From positions 1 through 54,214 of IMG/VR virus record IMGVR_UViG_3300047554_000765: 54,214 bases of DNA. The stretch is one strand, 5' to 3'. Below the pieces are notes generated by a model. The model was not told where the DNA came from, did not search any database, and was given only the letters and a program-made list of their open reading frames with translations. This document shows positions 49,661 to 54,214 of this stretch, in pieces (the stretch's first letter is position 1; every line of letters begins with the position of its first letter). Origin of the DNA: a virus. Its lineage: Duplodnaviria > Caudoviricetes. A program made the position numbers and the translations under genes.

Positions 49661-50368
49661 ATGGATATTCAGTTTCGAAGTGATGTAACCGTAGAATTAG
49701 TAAACTCCATGGCAAAAGACTCTGATGTAGCAATGGCTGCTCGTGTATCTACTGTCAGCGGAAACCACGAAAAAATAGTGGACTTAGAAAAAGACGCTGG
49801 CCTCATCAACTATCTGATGCGTGATCGCCACGGTTCACCTTTCGAGCACAACGCTTTTACCTTCTATATCGAAGCGCCAATCTTTGTGTTCCGAGAGTTC
49901 ATGCGCCACCGAATCGCAAGCTATAACGAAGAATCGGGTCGCTACAAGGAGCTGAGCCCGGTGTTTTATGTTCCTGGCGCGGATCGTAATTTAATTCAAA
50001 TTGGTAAGCCAGGTGCTTACACCTTTGAAGAGGGTAGTCTTGATCAACGCTCTCTGGTTGAGGGCGGATTAGCTGAAGGAATGTCTATTGCTTACGGTAA
50101 ATACAAAGAACTTTTAGAGGCTGGTGTTGCTCGAGAAGTTGCTCGAATGGTTTTACCTGTTGGCATATACTCTTCCATGTACGTGACAATGAATGCCCGT
50201 AGCTTGATGAACTTTCTAAGTCTTCGCACTCAGCGCGAGGGCACTCACTTCCCATCATTCCCTCAGCGCGAGATTGAAATGGTTGCGGAGAAGATGGAAT
50301 GTCATTTTGCGGAAAAGATGCCTATTACGTATGATTCTTTCAATAAGAACGGGAGAGTTGCCCCGTAA
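49661..50368 (+). CDS. thyX: Flavin-dependent thymidylate synthase
   Basis: AARVS, HGSPFEH, RHRIASYNEESGRY, NARSLMNFLSLR. Confidence 0.96.
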   Translation: MDIQFRSDVTVELVNSMAKDSDVAMAARVSTVSGNHEKIVDLEKDAGLINYLMRDRHGSPFEHNAFTFYIEAPIFVFREFMRHRIASYNEESGRYKELSPVFYVPGADRNLIQIGKPGAYTFEEGSLDQRSLVEGGLAEGMSIAYGKYKELLEAGVAREVARMVLPVGIYSSMYVTMNARSLMNFLSLRTQREGTHFPSFPQREIEMVAEKMECHFAEKMPITYDSFNKNGRVAP

Positions 50369-50634
50369 TGGAAGATAAGGACGACATCATCGTGTCTAAG
50401 ATTGGCCCTACAGTCCGACTAGCTATGGCAGCTAAGGAAACTTTGAATGATGCAATTGCATCTGCAATTGAAACTTCGACTGACTTTGGATACGCCCTTG
50501 GCGCGGCTGATGAGCGAGATAAAATTATTGAAGTTCTGAGAAATGAAAAAGATGCTCTACAAGAGTTGGATATGAACGAGCAGTATATTTCTGGAATTAC
50601 CCACGCTATCGTGCTACTAGAGGCAACTAAGTAA
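50368..50634 (+). CDS. Hypothetical protein
   Basis: Coupled ORF (TAATG); G...ERDKII motif. Confidence 0.65.
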   Translation: MEDKDDIIVSKIGPTVRLAMAAKETLNDAIASAIETSTDFGYALGAADERDKIIEVLRNEKDALQELDMNEQYISGITHAIVLLEATK

Positions 50635-51527
50635 TGAAGATCTACATCGCTGGTCCGATGACTGGCTACAAAGACTGGAATTTCCCTGCTTTTTTTGAGG
50701 TAGAGAAACAGCTAGAAGCTTTAGGACATGAGCCAATTAATCCAGCCCACAACGACGGGGCAACTGTTCAAGCAGCGTTAGAGTCGGCAGGTAGCCCGGA
50801 GGCCCCTAATAACCCTTGGCGTTGGTATATGCGTCGCGATCTGCCTCATGTGTTGGGAGTTGATGCTGTTTGTGTCCTACCTGGCTGGCAGAAGTCTAAA
50901 GGTGCTTCTCTTGAAGTTACTGTAGCTAAGGCAATTGGACTGCCTATTATGGTTCTGAAAGATGATCAATTGGTCCCTCGAGTGCGGGCCGTCGGTCTCT
51001 CTGGGTGGGCCAGATCTGGTAAAGATACGGTTGCGGATGTTTTAGTTACTCAAGGTGGGTATGTAAAAGTTTCTTTTGCTGATCCCATGAGGGAAGCACT
51101 TCTTCGTCTAAACCCAAACATTACTTATGGTGACATGAGGAATGTCCCCCTAACAAGTGCGATCCGTGACTCCTCCTCATGGGACAATGTCAAAGAGTTT
51201 AGCCCAGACATCCGTCCGCTCATGCAGAGGCTAGGAACTGAAGTAGGCCGAGAAATGTTCGGCGAGAACTTCTGGGTTGATTTGGCTATTGACCGAATCC
51301 CCGACGGGTCTAAGGTTGTTTTCGCGGATGTTAGATTTCCTAATGAGGCACAGGCTGTAAAGGCGCTTGGGGGTCAGGTTTGGCGAGTTATGCGTAATGG
51401 AGTGGGTCCAGCCAATGATCACATCTCAGAACATGCCCTCAATGATTACCATGAGTTTGATCAATTGATTCTAAATAACGGGTCAATTGAGGACTTGGCT
51501 TTGATGGTAAAAAAGTTTTTAGATTAA
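50634..51527 (+). CDS. DUF4406 (nucleoside deoxyribosyltransferase-like) fused to a deoxynucleoside monophosphate kinase
   Basis: IYIAGPMTG, INPA, LPGWQKSKGA.LE; then GLSGWARSGKDT, FADP, Q.LGTEVGR, DVRFPNE, HISE. Confidence 0.85.
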   Translation: MKIYIAGPMTGYKDWNFPAFFEVEKQLEALGHEPINPAHNDGATVQAALESAGSPEAPNNPWRWYMRRDLPHVLGVDAVCVLPGWQKSKGASLEVTVAKAIGLPIMVLKDDQLVPRVRAVGLSGWARSGKDTVADVLVTQGGYVKVSFADPMREALLRLNPNITYGDMRNVPLTSAIRDSSSWDNVKEFSPDIRPLMQRLGTEVGREMFGENFWVDLAIDRIPDGSKVVFADVRFPNEAQAVKALGGQVWRVMRNGVGPANDHISEHALNDYHEFDQLILNNGSIEDLALMVKKFLD

Positions 51528-51528
51528 T

Positions 51529-51557
51529 TTGACATTTTTATAAAAACCCTGTAGGTT
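51529..51557 (+). promoter_or_regulatory. Leaderless sigma70-type promoter
   Basis: TTGACA(51529-34)-17 nt-TAGGTT(51552-57)-7 nt-ATG 51565. Confidence 0.75.
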
Positions 51558-51564
51558 TAGTGCC

Positions 51565-52764
51565 ATGAAGAAAAACATGGTAATCGCAGCTGTGGCTGCT
51601 GCTGTAATTTCAGTCACCTCCGTGCTACCGGCTTCGGCTATGGTGGCAACCTCTTGGGGCCTAGATCGTATTGATGGTGCCCTAGACGGCTCATACAACC
51701 CCCCTACACTCACTGGCGCTGGGGTTACCGCCTATGTTTTGGACTCTGGCGTCAACATTTCTGACTCTGGTTTTGGTGGGCGTGCTTCTGGTGATGTTGA
51801 TTGCATGGGTCACGGTACTCACGTGGCTGGCATTATTGGTAGCTCTGAGTTCGGCGTGGCTCGTGGCGTAAAGCTGGTTTCAATCAAAGTAACTGATAAC
51901 TGCGGTGGTGGAGTTACTGCTAAAAATCTAGTTGCTGGAATTGACAAAGTTCTTTCTATGCACCAAGCAGGGACGCCCGGAGTTGTCAATATCAGCATCA
52001 CTATTGGTAAGGATAAGCTGGTTGACTCGGCTATTGGTCGTCTTTATGACGCTGGACTTTTACCTGTAGTTGCAGCTTCTAACGTAGGAGCAGATGCCTG
52101 TCTATACAGTCCGAGCGGTGCTTCTCGTGCTTTCACGGTTGGTGGTATTAATAAGAACGACTACCGCACCAACACATCTAGCTGGGGAAACTGTGTGGAT
52201 ATTTTTGCTCCTGGCGGTCTTATTGTTTCTGAAAACCTAAACGATCCTAACGGATCTAGGACTATGACTGGGACCTCGATGGCTACTCCTCACGTAACTG
52301 GTGTAGCTGCTCTGTATCTAGAAAAAAATCCTAAGGCTAAGCCTGCTGAAGTAGAGGGTGCTCTACGGTCTGGTGCACTATCTGGTGTTGTAGTAGATGC
52401 TAAGTCTGCGAATGGAAACTACCTTCTAAGTACAGCGTTTTTGTCTGGACAAGTTGTAACAAACGCACCTATTGTTGTTGCACCTCCTACTGCGGTAGAA
52501 GTTCCTACTAAGGTCTCTGGAATCAGTGCGACCCGTGCAACAAATGGGTATATTGTGTCTTGGAAGGCTTCGACAAATGTGTTGAATGCTGGAGCCGTCA
52601 CCTATAAGGTGGAAGCAAGTACTAATAAAACTTCTTGGGCAGTGGTTGCTCAGGTAGCAGAACCTTCGGTAACTGTTCCTACTTGGAAGTATTACCGTGT
52701 TACTGCAGTAGGTACGCTTGGTGCAAGTGCGCCAAGCCTGATTTTGATGGTGGTGACTAAGTAA
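51565..52764 (+). CDS. Secreted S8 (proteinase K-like) serine protease with C-terminal FN3-like domain
   Basis: Signal peptide ending ASA, WGLDRID, LDSG, HGTHVAG, AASN, GTSMATPHV. Confidence 0.92.
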   Translation: MKKNMVIAAVAAAVISVTSVLPASAMVATSWGLDRIDGALDGSYNPPTLTGAGVTAYVLDSGVNISDSGFGGRASGDVDCMGHGTHVAGIIGSSEFGVARGVKLVSIKVTDNCGGGVTAKNLVAGIDKVLSMHQAGTPGVVNISITIGKDKLVDSAIGRLYDAGLLPVVAASNVGADACLYSPSGASRAFTVGGINKNDYRTNTSSWGNCVDIFAPGGLIVSENLNDPNGSRTMTGTSMATPHVTGVAALYLEKNPKAKPAEVEGALRSGALSGVVVDAKSANGNYLLSTAFLSGQVVTNAPIVVAPPTAVEVPTKVSGISATRATNGYIVSWKASTNVLNAGAVTYKVEASTNKTSWAVVAQVAEPSVTVPTWKYYRVTAVGTLGASAPSLILMVVTK

Positions 52765-53174
52765 TGACTACATACATTAAAACCCCCCACTCGGGCATTG
52801 ATCTAAGTTCTAGTTTTGACAATAACTTGTCAAAGCTACTTGACCTAAAAGTAGAGGGAGATATCGCATACGTGATGAAACGCTCTGACGGCTTGTGGGC
52901 TATTAAGAGTGATCCTCGTGGTACTAGTAAGTGGTATAAACTCTCTGGTCCAAATGCTGGTGAAACTATGGATCCAGGCAAAGCTAAATTTAGGGCTTCG
53001 GTAGAACCAGAATTAGTTGGCGAAAAACAAGAAGAAAAACCTAACTACCAACTAGGCTGGTATCAAAGTCCTAAAGCTGATCTTTATAAGTATGACGGAG
53101 AGCAGTGGACTGACGGAAAGAAAACTGTATTAGTATCAAACCCCTTGTTCAATACCTTAGAGTTCTTAGGATAA
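52764..53174 (+). CDS. Hypothetical protein with DUF2510-like GWY..P...DG..WTD motif
   Basis: GWYQSP...YKYDGEQWTD; coupled to the protease gene. Confidence 0.55.
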   Translation: MTTYIKTPHSGIDLSSSFDNNLSKLLDLKVEGDIAYVMKRSDGLWAIKSDPRGTSKWYKLSGPNAGETMDPGKAKFRASVEPELVGEKQEEKPNYQLGWYQSPKADLYKYDGEQWTDGKKTVLVSNPLFNTLEFLG

Positions 53175-53176
53175 AA

Positions 53177-53446
53177 ATGGCAGACGCAGAGAACCCAGAA
53201 CTAAAAACCATTACCTTAGAAAATATGACGGAGGCTCAGGAATTGGCTGTTCGAATCGTAATGGACACTGGCAAATACAATGAGCGGGATCGAATCCGAG
53301 AGTTTGTGTTGCACTACTCGAGCCGTATCGAGATGGAGCCTGGCAACTACATTCGTGATTCTATTACGCTAAGTGTTACTGACTTTCTGAGGCTTCTACA
53401 TAGTGATAAGTCTCGTCTAGAGGAGCTATCTGATGGCAAAGAATAA
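53177..53446 (+). CDS. Hypothetical protein
   Basis: 89-aa ORF in the operon; G...ERDRI motif. Confidence 0.6.
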   Translation: MADAENPELKTITLENMTEAQELAVRIVMDTGKYNERDRIREFVLHYSSRIEMEPGNYIRDSITLSVTDFLRLLHSDKSRLEELSDGKE

Positions 53447-53729
53447 GAAAGAAGATCGCAAGATTTATCGTGATTTTACATTAGATGAGTTCGACGAGTT
53501 TACCTTCGATAGGTTAGATGACGGGGCCAACGAAGAACGCGGTAAACTCATTGCTGAACTGGAGCGTCGTAGTCAGCAATTGATGTTTTTTTCAGAAACT
53601 GCCGAACTAGTTCCTGATCGAGATATTTTTGCTCAGCGGGCGTATGGACTGCAGATGGCAATAAAAATTATTCAAAACACCCGTAAATGTGTAGACAACG
53701 TTGGTTGTCCAGAATGTGAAGGTTTTTAA
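53433..53729 (+). CDS. Hypothetical protein with C-terminal Cys cluster
   Basis: RBS GAGGAG; G...ERGKLI motif; C....GCPEC. Confidence 0.6.
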   Translation: MAKNKKEDRKIYRDFTLDEFDEFTFDRLDDGANEERGKLIAELERRSQQLMFFSETAELVPDRDIFAQRAYGLQMAIKIIQNTRKCVDNVGCPECEGF

Positions 53730-54052
53730 TGAGTTACGCGAGAATGAATGGTGTAGATAGTGATGTCTATGTTTACGAACACTCCTCTGGCTTTATCGAA
53801 TGCTGCGGATGTCGACTGACTGATCCCGAGGAATATGAAGATGTTGGCTTCGCTAGATTGAGCACTGCTCGTGAAGCTCTTGCTCATCTGGGGTGGCACG
53901 TACGTGAAGGCGACATGGTTCCGGAGCGAGCATTCGAACGGATTAGAGAAGAGCATCCGGACCTAGACGCCGCTATTGAGCCATACGTTACTCCCCCTGA
54001 GGTGCGAGAGCGTCAGCTTAAACGTATGCGGGAGCTGTTTGGCAGTGATTAG
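53729..54052 (+). CDS. Hypothetical protein (possible Zn-binding)
   Basis: MSYAR...SDVYVY, CCGC, HL..H...GD.VP. Confidence 0.65.
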   Translation: MSYARMNGVDSDVYVYEHSSGFIECCGCRLTDPEEYEDVGFARLSTAREALAHLGWHVREGDMVPERAFERIREEHPDLDAAIEPYVTPPEVRERQLKRMRELFGSD

Positions 54053-54165
54053 ATTTCGCTGGTATCCGAAGAAGCCACTGAAGTATAGCGCTTGGGATAC
54101 TCAGTGGGGGTGGCAGCTTTGGGGCCACAAAGCTAATGGCATTAATGGTCCATATAGGTGGACAC

Positions 54166-54193
54166 TTGACATTTATCTAGGAAAGCGTATACT
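54166..54193 (+). promoter_or_regulatory. sigma70-type promoter for a gene beyond the window
   Basis: TTGACA(54166-71)-16 nt-TATACT(54188-93); the window ends in an RBS-like GGAAGGAG. Confidence 0.6.
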
Positions 54194-54214
54194 TGTGATT
54201 ATCTTTGGAAGGAG

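Noticed and set aside
54045-54214. GTG-started ORF (MIRFRWYPKK...) running off the window end
   Set aside because: Truncated and overlapping a strong promoter-like sequence; cannot be supported from this window alone

Overview
A 54-kb segment of a large tailed phage genome, most likely infecting a moderate-GC actinobacterium. Host cues are two WhiB genes, DUF3039, class Ib nrdHIEF, an MSMEG_6728-type glycosylase, a tmRNA tag ending FALAA and many leaderless promoters. Layout: (1) replication/recombination block at 1-9.7 kb (PolA, RuvC-like, SNF2 helicase, RecB/Cas4-like nuclease, AAA_24 ATPase, SSB) plus a Prim-Pol/D5 primase-helicase at 13.9-16.5 kb; (2) a minus-strand virion-fibre region at 17.3-40.4 kb with two collagen-like fibres, each followed by a kelch-like propeller and two small paralogous partners, and a 1111-aa fibre followed by an FN3 protein with an unusual 78-aa (F/Y-F-P)n tail; directly downstream of that gene lies a 10-gene modification cluster (seven 2OG-Fe(II) oxygenase-like genes, two DUF6065-like genes, one hydroxyproline-GlcNAc-transferase-like gene); (3) nucleotide metabolism and host-takeover genes at 40.5-54 kb (tandem NrdR-like boxes, nrdHIEF, tRNA-Asn, tmRNA, an unannotated structured RNA, two unannotated small ORFs, a peroxidase, dut, thyX, dNMP kinase, subtilisin). 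The best candidate for an undescribed system is a phage-encoded protein hydroxylation/glycosylation pathway acting on the Phe-Pro repeat protein and possibly the fibres. All family calls come from motif recognition by eye; no database search was run.
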